Positions 28,174 through 38,220 of a stretch of 64,000 nt of DNA are shown here, piece by piece. The stretch's first letter is position 1. Every line of letters begins with the position of its first letter. A program made the translations under genes and the position numbers. The notes beneath the pieces are model-generated. The model made no database searches and was not told where the DNA came from. It saw only the letters and a list, made by a program, of their open reading frames with translations. The stretch covers positions 13,171-77,170 of the forward strand of contig JBFWUN010000003.1 of NCBI GenBank assembly GCA_050247235.1, written 5' to 3'. Source of the DNA: Gammaproteobacteria bacterium. GTDB taxonomy: Bacteria; Pseudomonadota; Gammaproteobacteria; Ga0077536.

Positions 28174-28650
28174 TCAGGCGGCGCGGCTGTCCTCGTCGCG
28201 GGTGAAGACCGGTGTGCCGAACTGCTCGGTGAAGAACGTTTCGACCAGGCGGCGCGCCTTCGGGCGCAGCTCGAGGAAGCGGAAGCCGAGTACGCAGTCC
28301 CGCGCATGGTCGTCGTGACGGCAGTAGATCAGGCGCACGCCGATGGACAATGTCTGGGGGCCGTCGGCGAGCGGCAGAACGGCCGTCGCGTGCAGCAGCG
28401 GCTGGTTGTCCGGCCCGAGGCGGCCGCCGCGCGGATGGATCGTCTGCGCGGTGGCCATATTGCAGCGAACCTGCAGTCCGTCGACGGACAGGTTGGACAA
28501 CCGCGCGGCACAATGCTGACCGACACCATTGCGGAAAGCCACCGGGACCAGCATTTCGAGGCGCGGCGCAGCGCGCTGTTCACCGGGCATCGCGCCCTGC
28601 CAGTCGGGCACCGCACCCCCACCGGGGCGAATCTCATCCATCAAATTCAT
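28174..28650 (-). CDS. PilZ-domain (c-di-GMP-binding) protein
   Basis: The internal ATG at 28650 gives a 158-aa protein. RxxxR motif (QRAAPRLEM) and D/NxSxxG motif (LSNLSVDGLQV). The upstream Arg/Gly-rich extension in the ORF track is rejected. Confidence 0.65.
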   Translation of the reverse strand: MNLMDEIRPGGGAVPDWQGAMPGEQRAAPRLEMLVPVAFRNGVGQHCAARLSNLSVDGLQVRCNMATAQTIHPRGGRLGPDNQPLLHATAVLPLADGPQTLSIGVRLIYCRHDDHARDCVLGFRFLELRPKARRLVETFFTEQFGTPVFTRDEDSRAA

Positions 28651-28841
28651 TGGCGTACCACCTTCTCCGGGATGTGCTGTTCTTGTCATGCGATCCGGTG
28701 CGCGCCGTCGGGCACCGGCGTGCACCAAGATTAGAGATGCGATGTGACGAGAAAGGCGACCGAGTTCACGATCCGGGCCGACGGTGCGGTCCCTTGCGTT
28801 GTTTTGCAAAGGCGGCGCGACCTGCGAGCCCGCGCGGATGA

Positions 28842-29639
28842 TCAGCGCCGCGGCGACCAGTCCTCGGCCAGCGCTCGGGCCGCTTCGATCTCGTCCGGCG
28901 CCAACCGGCCGGAGAGCACGGTGGCGTTCTGCGCCGCGACCGCCAGTCCGGCGGCCGCCGCGACGCGGTACCACGCCAGCGCGCGGACGGGGTCGACAGG
29001 CACGCCTTCGCCCCGTTCGTACGCGGCGCCAAGCGCGTTCTGCGCGAGCGGCGAGCCTTCACGCGCGGCCTTTTCCCACCATTCGGCGGCGCGTGCCGGG
29101 TCGCGCGCGACCCCGAGTCCGCGCACGTGGAGGATGCCAAGGTTGTAGCCCGCATCGGGTTCGTGACCGGCGAAGGCCTGCTGCCACCACTGCTCGGCGG
29201 CCGCGTAATCGCGGCTCACGCCGTCCCCGTGGAAATGGAGCAGGCCAAGCTGCTGCGCCGAGCGCGCGCTGCCGTGCGCCGCGGCCTTCTCCAGCCAGTG
29301 CAGCGCACGTGCCGGGTCCCGTGCCACGCCGTCGCCCTGCAGGTACATGATCCCGAGGTTGTGCTCGGCTTTCGCGAACCCCTGGGCCGCGGCCTTCTCG
29401 AACCATGCCCGCGCACGCGCGGGGTCCGCGATCGTTCCCCACCCCTGGGCGTGCAGCACACCGAGCGTGTACTGCGCGGCCGCATCTCCGTCCGCCGCGG
29501 GCGCCGCGAGTGCCTGCAGGGCGAGACCGTAGTCGCCCGCCCGGAACGCCGCGAGACCGCGGGCGGCATCTTCCGCGGGCGCCGCGCGAATCGCCGCACA
29601 GGCGAGGCAGAAAAGGGCAATGGCCCACGGGCGTCGCAC
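28842..29639 (-). CDS. Secreted Sel1-repeat (TPR-like) protein
   Basis: Multiple Sel1 units (AQYxLGxxYxxGxGVxxDxxxAxxWxxKAA). A GTG start at 29639 yields the signal peptide RRPWAIALFCLACAAIRAAPA. Confidence 0.7.
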   Translation of the reverse strand: MRRPWAIALFCLACAAIRAAPAEDAARGLAAFRAGDYGLALQALAAPAADGDAAAQYTLGVLHAQGWGTIADPARARAWFEKAAAQGFAKAEHNLGIMYLQGDGVARDPARALHWLEKAAAHGSARSAQQLGLLHFHGDGVSRDYAAAEQWWQQAFAGHEPDAGYNLGILHVRGLGVARDPARAAEWWEKAAREGSPLAQNALGAAYERGEGVPVDPVRALAWYRVAAAAGLAVAAQNATVLSGRLAPDEIEAARALAEDWSPRR

Positions 29640-29823
29640 GCGCGATGCCGCGGCGTCACCGCGTTCCACGTTCAACGGCCGCACGGGAATTCCTCCGATA
29701 CCGGTTTCGTCCAGTATGCCCGCGATCCACGGGGCATGCGGCGTTCGACCCGGACCCGCGCGCACGGTTCCCGCGTCGCATGCTTTACAATGCCGACCTC
29801 TTCCCCAGCCAATGGAATCCCCC

Positions 29824-30681
29824 ATGTCGACAGCGCGCTTCACTGGCACCGACTCCTATGTCGCGACCGAAGACCTCATGATGGCGGTGAACGCCGCGAT
29901 CACGCTCGGCCGCCCGCTGCTGGTCAAGGGGGAACCCGGCACGGGCAAGACCATGCTGGCGGAAGAGATCGCGCGGTCGCTCGCTCGGCCGCTGATCCAG
30001 TGGCACATCAAGTCCACGACCAAGGCCGCGCGCGGGCTGTACGAGTACGATGCCGTGGCGCGCCTGCGCGACTCCCAGCTGGGCGACGATCGCGTGAAGG
30101 ACATCCACAACTACATCCTGAAGGGCAAGCTGTGGGAGGCGTTCGAGTCGGCTGTGCAGCCCGTGCTGCTGATCGACGAGATCGACAAGGCGGACATCGA
30201 GTTTCCGAACGACCTGCTGCAGGAACTCGACCGTATGGAGTTCTTCGTCTACGAGACGAAGGAGACGATCTCGGCCACGCAGCGGCCGATCATCATCATC
30301 ACCAGCAACAACGAGAAGGAGCTTCCGGACGCATTCCTGCGCCGCTGCTTCTTTCACTACATCCGCTTCCCGGACCAGGACACGATGGAGCAGATCGTCC
30401 GCGTGCACTACCCGGACATCAAGAAACGGCTGCTGGCGGAGGCCATGCAGTGCTTCTTCGAGCTGCGCGAACTTCCCGGCCTGAAGAAGAAGCCGTCAAC
30501 GTCGGAACTGCTGGACTGGATCAAGCTGCTCGTCGCCGACGACATCCCGCCGGAGGCGCTGCGCGAGAAGGACACCCGCAAGGCCATTCCCAAGCTCTAC
30601 GGCGCGCTGCTGAAGAACGAACAGGACATGCACCTCTTCGAGCGCCTGGTGTTCATGTCGCGGGGGCGTGGTGCTAACTGA
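29824..30681 (+). CDS. MoxR-family AAA+ ATPase (AAA_5; CbbQ/NorQ/CoxD-like)
   Basis: Walker A LLVKGEPGTGKT. Walker B VLLIDEIDKA. The internal ATG at 29824 gives 285 aa; the upstream extension is rejected. Confidence 0.9.
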   Translation: MSTARFTGTDSYVATEDLMMAVNAAITLGRPLLVKGEPGTGKTMLAEEIARSLARPLIQWHIKSTTKAARGLYEYDAVARLRDSQLGDDRVKDIHNYILKGKLWEAFESAVQPVLLIDEIDKADIEFPNDLLQELDRMEFFVYETKETISATQRPIIIITSNNEKELPDAFLRRCFFHYIRFPDQDTMEQIVRVHYPDIKKRLLAEAMQCFFELRELPGLKKKPSTSELLDWIKLLVADDIPPEALREKDTRKAIPKLYGALLKNEQDMHLFERLVFMSRGRGAN

Positions 30682-31855
30682 GCTCTTCTACCGGCTGCGC
30701 AAGGTCCAGGTTCCGGTTTCCATCACCGAGTTCCTGACCCTGATGGCGGCGCTGGAGGCCCGCATCGCGGGCTTCAGCGTGGACGACTTCTACTACCTCG
30801 CGCGCGCGACGCTGGTGAAGGACGAGCGCTACTTCGATCGCTTCGACCAGGTCTTCGGGGACTACATCCGCGGCCAGCAGACGATCTTCGAAGAGATCCT
30901 CGGTGAGATCCCGCTCGAATGGCTGCGCAAGCAGAAGGAGCTGAATCTCACGGACGAGGAGAAAGCGAAGATCGAGGCGCTCGGCGGCTGGGAGAAGCTG
31001 ATGGAGACGCTCCGCCAGCGGCTCGAAGAGCAGAAGAAGGCGCATCACGGCGGCAGCAAGTGGATCGGCACGGGCGGCACGTCGCCGTTCGGCGCATACG
31101 GGTACAACCCGGAAGGCGTCCGCATCGGCCAGGACAAGGGCCGCCAGGGCCGCGCGGTCAAGGTGTGGGACAAGCGCGAGTACCAGAACCTGGATGACCA
31201 GGTCGAGCTCGGCACCCGCAACATCAAGGTGGCGCTGCGCAAGCTGCGCCGCTTCGCGCGCGAGGGGGCCGAGGAGGAACTCGACCTCGACGATACGATC
31301 CGCTCGACCGCCCGCCAGGCGGGCATGCTCGACATCAAGCTCGTGCCGGAACGCCGCAATACCACCAAGTTCCTGCTGTTCCTGGACGTGGGTGGATCGA
31401 TGGACCCGCACGTCAAGATCTGCGAGGAGCTGTTTTCGGCGGCGCGCGCCGAGTTCAAGCACCTGGAACACTTCTACTTCCACAACTTCATCTACGAGAC
31501 GGTCTGGCGCGACAACCACATGCGCAACAACGTGCGCTTTCCCACCCAGCAGCTGATGAACACCTACAGCGCAGATCACAAGGTGGTGTTCGTCGGCGAC
31601 GCGACGATGAGCCCGTACGAGATCCAGGCGGTGGGCGGCAGCATCGAGCACTGGAACGAGGAATCGGGCGCCACCTGGGTCGCGCGGCTGCTGGCACTGT
31701 ATCCGTACGCGGTGTGGCTGAATCCGCAGCCGGAGGATTACTGGAGCTACATCCCATCGATCGGGATGGTCAAGCAGCTGTTCGCCGATCGCATGTTCCC
31801 GCTGACGATCGACGGTCTCGAGCGCGCGATGAAGGCGCTGAAGAAAGCGCATTGA
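30668..31855 (+). CDS. VWA-domain protein, CoxE-like (MoxR partner)
   Basis: 395 aa. VWA_CoxE-like with a MIDAS-containing region (LLFLDVGGSM). Overlaps the MoxR gene end. Confidence 0.85.
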   Translation: MVLTELFYRLRKVQVPVSITEFLTLMAALEARIAGFSVDDFYYLARATLVKDERYFDRFDQVFGDYIRGQQTIFEEILGEIPLEWLRKQKELNLTDEEKAKIEALGGWEKLMETLRQRLEEQKKAHHGGSKWIGTGGTSPFGAYGYNPEGVRIGQDKGRQGRAVKVWDKREYQNLDDQVELGTRNIKVALRKLRRFAREGAEEELDLDDTIRSTARQAGMLDIKLVPERRNTTKFLLFLDVGGSMDPHVKICEELFSAARAEFKHLEHFYFHNFIYETVWRDNHMRNNVRFPTQQLMNTYSADHKVVFVGDATMSPYEIQAVGGSIEHWNEESGATWVARLLALYPYAVWLNPQPEDYWSYIPSIGMVKQLFADRMFPLTIDGLERAMKALKKAH

Positions 31856-32053
31856 GACGGCATCCCGGGGCATGCGGGCCGGTGATGCACCCGCGTGAAC
31901 CCCACCCTCGGAATCCGCGCCGCTGACCGTGGGACTCGGACACCCTTGCAACAGGGGACGCCGCGGACGCGCGCACCGGCGCACTCCGCAGTGCTGAGCG
32001 CATCAGAGGCTGTCCCGCCCGTAGGCTCGGGTGTGAACGGCGCCAGCATCCGC

Positions 32054-33070
32054 GTGCGTCGCGCGTGCCGGTGGCTGCTGGCGTGGGCGCTCGCGATCGG
32101 CGCCGCGGGCGCGGGCGCGATCATGCCGGCCGAACTTGCGATCATCATCAATTCCGATGACCCCCTGAGCGTAGCGCTCGGCGAGGAATATCGCGCGGCG
32201 CGCGAGGTGCCCGCGACGAACGTGCTGAAGATCCCGCTCGGACCTCCGCGCGCGGTGCTGCCGCCGGACGACTTCGCCCGCGCGTGGGAGACGCTGCGCC
32301 GGCGGCTGCCCGATTCCGTCCAGGCGCTGGCGCTCGCGTGGCGGCTGCCATACCGCGTGGGCTGCATGTCCGTGACGAGCGCGTTCGCGTTCGGCTACGG
32401 CACGCGCTTCTGCGCGAGCGGCTGCAGACCCACCGCGCCCAACCCGTACTTCGACCAGCCGTCGCACCGGCCGTACACCGATTTCCGCGTGCGGCCCGCG
32501 ATGCTGCTTGCGGCGGCGACGCTCGCCAACGGACGCCGCCTGATCGAACGCGGGCTGCGTAGTGACGGCCTCGCACCGGCCGGCCGGGCCTATCTCGTGG
32601 AGACGCCCGACCGGGCGCGCGGCGTACGCGCGCGCGCCTACCCGCTGATCCGAGCAACGTTCGGCGCGCGCTACCCCGTGGAACTCGTGCGGGCCGCGGG
32701 CATCCGCGATCGCTACGACGTGATGTTCTACTTCACCGGCGCGACCCACGTCCCGCACCTCGACACCCTGGGATTCCTGCCGGGCGCGCTGGCCGACCAC
32801 CTGACCTCGGCGGGCGGGCAGCTCGACGGCAGCACGCAGATGAGCGCGCTGCGCTGGCTGGAAGCCGGCGCGACCGGCAGCTACGGGACGGTTGTCGAAC
32901 CGTGCAACTTTCCGCAGAAGTTTCCCGACCCGGCACTCGCGATGAAGTATTACCTCGCGGGGGACACGCTCGTGGAGGCTTACTGGAAGAGCGTCGTGTG
33001 GCCCGGCCAGGGGGTTTTCATCGGCGAGCCGCTGGCCGCACCGTTCGCATCCGGTCCGCCGTCGCGCTGA
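32054..33070 (+). CDS. Hypothetical secreted protein
   Basis: A GTG start at 32054 gives the signal peptide RRACRWLLAWALAIGAAGAGA. ~338 aa, no family recognised. Start uncertain. Confidence 0.5.
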   Translation: MRRACRWLLAWALAIGAAGAGAIMPAELAIIINSDDPLSVALGEEYRAAREVPATNVLKIPLGPPRAVLPPDDFARAWETLRRRLPDSVQALALAWRLPYRVGCMSVTSAFAFGYGTRFCASGCRPTAPNPYFDQPSHRPYTDFRVRPAMLLAAATLANGRRLIERGLRSDGLAPAGRAYLVETPDRARGVRARAYPLIRATFGARYPVELVRAAGIRDRYDVMFYFTGATHVPHLDTLGFLPGALADHLTSAGGQLDGSTQMSALRWLEAGATGSYGTVVEPCNFPQKFPDPALAMKYYLAGDTLVEAYWKSVVWPGQGVFIGEPLAAPFASGPPSR

Positions 33071-33339
33071 GCGCGGCGGCGGGTGTCGTCCCGGGAGTGC
33101 CCCTGCGCGACCGGATCTGTCGCCGTGAGACGTCACCCGCGCGCGCCGGCGCCGCGCGCGCGCCGGCGCGCCCTCAGCTTCGCGGCCGGGCGGTCGCTAA
33201 CCCGGCGTGAAGCGGTTCACGCTTTTGCCCCGGAAATCCGCAGTCCGTCGCATTCCGTTCACCCGACACCGGCACCTTGGCCGCGTTGGAACATCTCTTG
33301 CGACGGAGGGGGCACGCTGACCAGGGAGAAGATACAACG

Positions 33340-33546
33340 ATGAAGGCCATCCAGTCGGCCGACCGCCGCATCGCGCGCTTCGCAGGCTACCGCGACATGA
33401 ACGGCGAGTTCGTGCCGTTCGCGACATCGGACGAAGTGTTCCGCCGCGCGCGCAAGCTCGGCGCCCGCGTGCTGCTGCGACTCGAAATCGCCGAAGGTGA
33501 ACTGCAGGGCCTGTTCTATACGAACGACCACAGCCTGTCGCGCTGA
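33340..33546 (+). CDS. Hypothetical small protein
   Basis: 68 aa, MKAIQSADRRIARFAGYRDMNGEF... Good SD (GGGAGAA) upstream. A short stem-loop (TGCCGCG-AGTC-CGCGGCA) follows the stop. Confidence 0.4.
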   Translation: MKAIQSADRRIARFAGYRDMNGEFVPFATSDEVFRRARKLGARVLLRLEIAEGELQGLFYTNDHSLSR

Positions 33547-33639
33547 GCGGGTGCCGCGAGTCCGCGGCAGCTGTTCCCGCGCGCGCGAGCCGGCATACTG
33601 GGCGACCGGGATGGCCCCTGATCCCACGGAGAAAATCGC

Positions 33640-34410
33640 ATGAGCGCCCCCAGACTCGAGGCCGAATTCGCGGCGTTCGCCACCGGCGACTCTGACGTCC
33701 TGGCCGGCGCGCTGCTGGTGTCGCGGCTGCTCGACCCGGCCACCGACGAAGCGTGGTGCCGCCAGGAGCTGGCGCGCCTTGCCGCCGCCGTCCGCGCTCC
33801 CGGAGACGCGCAGGCGGTGCTCGAGACGCTGGCCGCCGCCGGGTTCGCCGGCGCGGATGAATACTATGAGTCGCGCAACAGCGCGCTGTCGTACGTTCTG
33901 AAGGCGCGGCGCGGCATCCCGATCAGCCTGGCCGCGGTCCTGATTGCGCTGTGCGACACGCTCGGCCTGCCCGCGCACGGCATCAACTTCCCCGGTCACT
34001 TCCTGGTGCGCATCGACGACCAGCTGGTGGACCCCTTTCTGCTCGACGTCGTGTACGACGACGATCTCGACCAGCGGCTCGAAGCGGCGGGTGTCCCGGC
34101 CGCGCAGGCGCTGAGGGTCGCGGGACCGCGCGACATGGTGCTCCGCATGCTGAACAACCTGCGCGGCCTCGCGATGGGCCACGGCAACCACGCCCTCGCG
34201 CTCGAGTACACGGACTACCAGCTCCTGCTGACCGAGGAACGCTACGTGCTACGGATGGTCCGGGCCGATCTCTGGCGTTCGCTGGGCGTGCCCGGCATGG
34301 TGCAGGTCGAACTGCGGCACGCGCTCGCCGACGCGCCCGACGACGCGACGCGCGATCAGATCGCGCTGCGGCTCGAGCAACCCGATCCGCCGCGGCCGCG
34401 GCTGCACTGA
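33640..34410 (+). CDS. Transglutaminase-like/TPR family protein (SirB1-like, UPF0162)
   Basis: 256 aa. Transglutaminase-core-2-like N-terminal region and a C-terminal TPR-like helical region. Confidence 0.65.
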   Translation: MSAPRLEAEFAAFATGDSDVLAGALLVSRLLDPATDEAWCRQELARLAAAVRAPGDAQAVLETLAAAGFAGADEYYESRNSALSYVLKARRGIPISLAAVLIALCDTLGLPAHGINFPGHFLVRIDDQLVDPFLLDVVYDDDLDQRLEAAGVPAAQALRVAGPRDMVLRMLNNLRGLAMGHGNHALALEYTDYQLLLTEERYVLRMVRADLWRSLGVPGMVQVELRHALADAPDDATRDQIALRLEQPDPPRPRLH

Positions 34411-34591
34411 ACCGCCGGGCGCACGTTCCGGTCCCCGCGTAGGTGGTTTCTCCGGGCGCGTGTTCCCGGAGAGTCCCGCGACGACGCGCTCGGAACCCCC
34501 TGTTTATCGCAGGCGCGCACGCTCGCCGCGCGGCTCACCAGGAACGGGACCCTGCATCTACTCACCCCGTGCAGATTCGACTGGATCGGTT

Positions 34592-35719
34592 CTAGCGTGC
34601 CGTCCCCGCCGCAGACAGCAGCGAGTGGACCACGCGCTCTGCCAGCGGCAAGCAGGACGTCAGGCCCGGCGACTCGATGCCGAACAGGTTCACGAGTCCC
34701 GGCAGGCCGTGCGCGGGGGGACCCTGGAGCACGAAATCCGGGGCCGGATCCGAGCGCGAGAGCTTCGGGCGGATGCCCGCGTACGCAGGCCGCAGCGGCG
34801 CGTCGGGCAGTCCCGGCCAGTACTTGCGGATCTCGTCCCGGAAATGCGCGGCGCGAGCCGGCGGCACGTCGTACTCGATCGTCTCCACCCACTGGACGTC
34901 CGGACCGAAGCGTCCCTGGCCGGCGAGATCCAGCGTGAGGTGCACTCCCAGGCCGCCCGGTTCCGGCACCGGGTAGACGAGGCGCGAGAACGGCACCCGT
35001 CCCGGGCAGTTGAAATAGCAGCCCTTGGCGAAGAGATCCGGGGGCACGTGCGCCGCTGCCAGCCCCTCGATGCGGCGCGCGAGCGACGGCGCGAAGAGTC
35101 CCGCGGAATTGACCACCAGGCGCGCGTCGATCGCCGCCGTTTCGCCATCGGACCGCACGTGCAGCCGCCAGGCCGACGGCGCGCGCGTGATCCGTTCCAC
35201 GTCGGCGTGCGTGACGAGGACGGCGCCATGCCGTTCCGCGTCGCCGAGCAGTGCGAGCATCAGCGCGTGCGAGTCGATGATCCCGGTACCGGGTGAGTAG
35301 AGCGCTTCGTCGGCGGCCAGCGCCGGCTCCAGCGCACGCGCGTCGACGCCGGACAGCCGCTCGAGATCGGTCACTCCATTGCGTATCCCCTGTGCATGCA
35401 GCGTCGCCAGCCGGGCGCGCTGCGCGGGCGCGGTGGCGACGATGAGCTTGCCGCAGCGGCGATGCGGCACCCCGTACTCGGCGCAGAACGCGTAGAGCGC
35501 CCGGTTGCCGGCCACGCAGCATTCTGCCTTCAAGGAGCCGGTGGGGTAGTAGAGGCCGGCGTGGATCACCTCGCTGTTGCGCGAACTCGTTTCCTGGCCG
35601 AAGCCCGGCAGACGCTCCAGTACCAGCGTTTCCAGCCCGGCGCGGGCCAGCGCGCGCGCGCAGGCCAGGCCGATGACCCCCGCGCCGACGACGACTGCAT
35701 CGACCCGGTCGGTGCTCAT
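34592..35719 (-). CDS. FAD-dependent oxidoreductase (L-2-hydroxyglutarate oxidase LhgO/YgaF-like, DAO family)
   Basis: The internal ATG at 35719 gives [21 protein letters not shown], a dinucleotide-binding motif. Confidence 0.8.
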   Translation of the reverse strand: MSTDRVDAVVVGAGVIGLACARALARAGLETLVLERLPGFGQETSSRNSEVIHAGLYYPTGSLKAECCVAGNRALYAFCAEYGVPHRRCGKLIVATAPAQRARLATLHAQGIRNGVTDLERLSGVDARALEPALAADEALYSPGTGIIDSHALMLALLGDAERHGAVLVTHADVERITRAPSAWRLHVRSDGETAAIDARLVVNSAGLFAPSLARRIEGLAAAHVPPDLFAKGCYFNCPGRVPFSRLVYPVPEPGGLGVHLTLDLAGQGRFGPDVQWVETIEYDVPPARAAHFRDEIRKYWPGLPDAPLRPAYAGIRPKLSRSDPAPDFVLQGPPAHGLPGLVNLFGIESPGLTSCLPLAERVVHSLLSAAGTAR

Positions 35720-35875
35720 GGGGCGGGATGACCGGGCAGGGCGGATGCGCGCATCGGACGGCGATGGTCGCATGGCCGAAGTGCCGCGCGAAAGCCGGAC
35801 GCGCAAGGCTCACGAGCCTGTTCACAATCTGAACACGCTCGGGCTAGAATGCGTTCATTCCATGAAAGGCTTGCC

Positions 35876-36520
35876 ATGACCCCGGACCGTGAAGAAGCGC
35901 TGACCTTGGAGGTGCTGTCTGCCATCGATGCGCGCAGCGACCTGACGCAACGCCACCTGGCCGATCGCCTGGGGGTGGCGCTCGGTCTCGCCAATTCCTA
36001 CCTGCGGCGCTGCGTGCGCAAGGGGCTCGTGAAAATCACGCAGGCCCCGGCCAACCGGTACCTCTACTACCTGACGCCGCAGGGTTTCGCCGAGAAGAGC
36101 CGGCTGACCGCGCAGTACCTGAGTGCGTCGTTCGATTTCTATCGGCGCGCCAGCGCCGCGATGCGCCAGTCCTTCCAGCACTGCGAAGCCGCGGGATTCC
36201 GGCGCATCGCGTTCGCGGGCATTTCCGAACTTGCGGAGGTCGCTCATGTCCGCAGCCACGATTTCGCGCTGGACGTGGTGGGCATCTGGGCGCCGGGGGC
36301 TGCGCGGCCTGCGTACCTGGGAAAGCCGGTCTGGCAGACGCTGCCGGCCGACGCGGTGGATGCCGTGGTGCTGACCGCACTCGAAGACTCCGCCGCGCTG
36401 TACGCGGCGCTGGTTCTGGACCTCGCGCCGGACCGTATCGTCGTGCCCGAACTGCTCATCGCGCTGATCGCGCCGGCGGGCGCGTCCACCGAGCTGCCGT
36501 CCGCGGCAACCGCGTCCTGA
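35876..36520 (+). CDS. Winged-helix transcriptional regulator (MarR-like N-terminus) immediately upstream of the polysaccharide genes
   Basis: N-terminal wHTH (LTQRHLADRLGVALGLANSYLRRCVRKGLV). Start uncertain, ATG 35849 vs 35876. Confidence 0.5.
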   Translation: MTPDREEALTLEVLSAIDARSDLTQRHLADRLGVALGLANSYLRRCVRKGLVKITQAPANRYLYYLTPQGFAEKSRLTAQYLSASFDFYRRASAAMRQSFQHCEAAGFRRIAFAGISELAEVAHVRSHDFALDVVGIWAPGAARPAYLGKPVWQTLPADAVDAVVLTALEDSAALYAALVLDLAPDRIVVPELLIALIAPAGASTELPSAATAS

Positions 36521-36545
36521 CCGGAACTCACAGGGGGAAACATCC

Positions 36546-37610
36546 GTGCCCTACCGCTCACCGTACCAGATAGACAATCGCCGGATCCGCTTTGCGGTCG
36601 TCGGCTGCGGACGCATTTCGGATCGGCACTTCGATGCACTGAAATCGCATGCCGAGCGCGCCGAGCTCGTCGCCGTGTGCGACACGGACAAAGCGGCGCT
36701 CGCCAGGACGGCGGCCGATCTCGGGGTCGAAGGCTACGACAGCCTGGACTCGCTGCTGAGCCGGTCCGAGGCCGACGTCGTGGTGCTGTGCACGCCGAGC
36801 GGCCTGCACCCGTCGCAGACCATCCAGGTGGCGCGCGCCGGGCGCCACATCGTGACGGAGAAACCGATGGCCACCCGGCTCGCCGACGGCAAGCGGATGG
36901 TGGCGACCTGCGACGACGAGCACGTGCACCTGTTCGTGGTCAAGCAGAACCGGCTCAACCCCACCTTGCAGCTCGTCAAGCGGGCGGTCCGCAAGAAGCG
37001 GTTCGGGCGCATCTACATGGTGAACGTGAACGTGTTCTGGACGCGCCCGCAGTCCTACTACGATTCCTCGCGCTGGCGTGGCACCTGGGAGTTCGACGGC
37101 GGCGCGTTCATGAACCAGGCGAGCCACTACGTCGACCTCCTCGACTGGCTGATCGGCCCCATCGAGAGCGTGCACGCGTACACCTCCACGCTCGAGCGCA
37201 ACATCGAGGTGGAGGACTCGGGGGTCGCGAACATCAAGTGGCGCTCGGGGGCGCTCGGTTCGATCAACGTCACGATGCTGACCTATCCGAAGAACCTGGA
37301 AGGCTCGATCACCATTCTCGGCGAGAAGGGGACGGTGCAGGTGGGCGGCGTGGCGGTGAACGAGATCAAGCACTGGGAGTTCGCGGAGCCCGACGAGGAC
37401 GACGCCAAGGTCGAGGACGCGAGCTACGGCACCGTGTCGGTCTACGGCATCGGGCACCCGGTCTACTACGACAACGTGATCCGGGTGCTGCGGGGCGAGG
37501 CGAGTCCCGAGACGGACGGTCGCGAGGGGCTGCGCTCGCTGGAGACGCTGATCGCGATGTACACGTCCTCGCGCGACGGCCGGCGCGTGTCGCTGCCGCT
37601 GGAGTACTGA
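36546..37610 (+). CDS. wbpB: Gfo/Idh/MocA-family oxidoreductase, WbpB/WlbA-like (UDP-GlcNAcA 3-dehydrogenase)
   Basis: N-terminal Rossmann ([12 protein letters not shown]). Gene order B-D-E and neighbours support the call. Confidence 0.85.
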   Translation: MPYRSPYQIDNRRIRFAVVGCGRISDRHFDALKSHAERAELVAVCDTDKAALARTAADLGVEGYDSLDSLLSRSEADVVVLCTPSGLHPSQTIQVARAGRHIVTEKPMATRLADGKRMVATCDDEHVHLFVVKQNRLNPTLQLVKRAVRKKRFGRIYMVNVNVFWTRPQSYYDSSRWRGTWEFDGGAFMNQASHYVDLLDWLIGPIESVHAYTSTLERNIEVEDSGVANIKWRSGALGSINVTMLTYPKNLEGSITILGEKGTVQVGGVAVNEIKHWEFAEPDEDDAKVEDASYGTVSVYGIGHPVYYDNVIRVLRGEASPETDGREGLRSLETLIAMYTSSRDGRRVSLPLEY

Positions 37611-37614
37611 CGCG

Positions 37615-38196
37615 ATGGCGAACTACACCGTGCACCCCAGCGCGATCGTCGACGACGGCGCGCAGATCGGCGAAGGCACGCGCATCTGGCACTGGGTGCA
37701 CGTCAGCGGCGGCGCCCGCATCGGCGCGCGCTGCTCGCTCGGCCAGAACGTCTACGTGGGCAACCGCGTGACGATCGGCGACAACGTCAAGATCCAGAAC
37801 AACGTGTCGGTCTACGACAACGTCACGCTGGAGGACGACGTGTTCTGCGGCCCGAGCATGGTGTTCACGAACGTCTACAACCCGCGTTCGGCGGTCTCAC
37901 GCAAGGACGAGTACCGGGACACGCGGGTGAAGCGCGGTGCGACGCTCGGCGCGAACTGCACCATCGTGTGCGGCGCCACGATCGGCGAGTACGCGTTCGT
38001 CGGGGCCGGCGCGGTGGTCAACCGCGACGTGCCGGCCTTCGCGCTGATGGTCGGCGTCCCCGCGCGGCAGGCCGGCTGGATGAGCCGCTTCGGCGAACGG
38101 CTCGCGCTGCCGCTCACGGGCGACGGCGAAGCGACCTGCCCTCACACCGGCGACCGCTACGTGCTGCGCAACGGCGTGTGCACGCTCGCGCCCTGA
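37615..38196 (+). CDS. wbpD: Left-handed beta-helix N-acetyltransferase, WbpD/WlbB-like
   Basis: 193 aa with hexapeptide repeats throughout. Confidence 0.8.
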   Translation: MANYTVHPSAIVDDGAQIGEGTRIWHWVHVSGGARIGARCSLGQNVYVGNRVTIGDNVKIQNNVSVYDNVTLEDDVFCGPSMVFTNVYNPRSAVSRKDEYRDTRVKRGATLGANCTIVCGATIGEYAFVGAGAVVNRDVPAFALMVGVPARQAGWMSRFGERLALPLTGDGEATCPHTGDRYVLRNGVCTLAP

Positions 38197-38220
38197 ATCC
38201 AACCCCGAGACCGAACCCCG

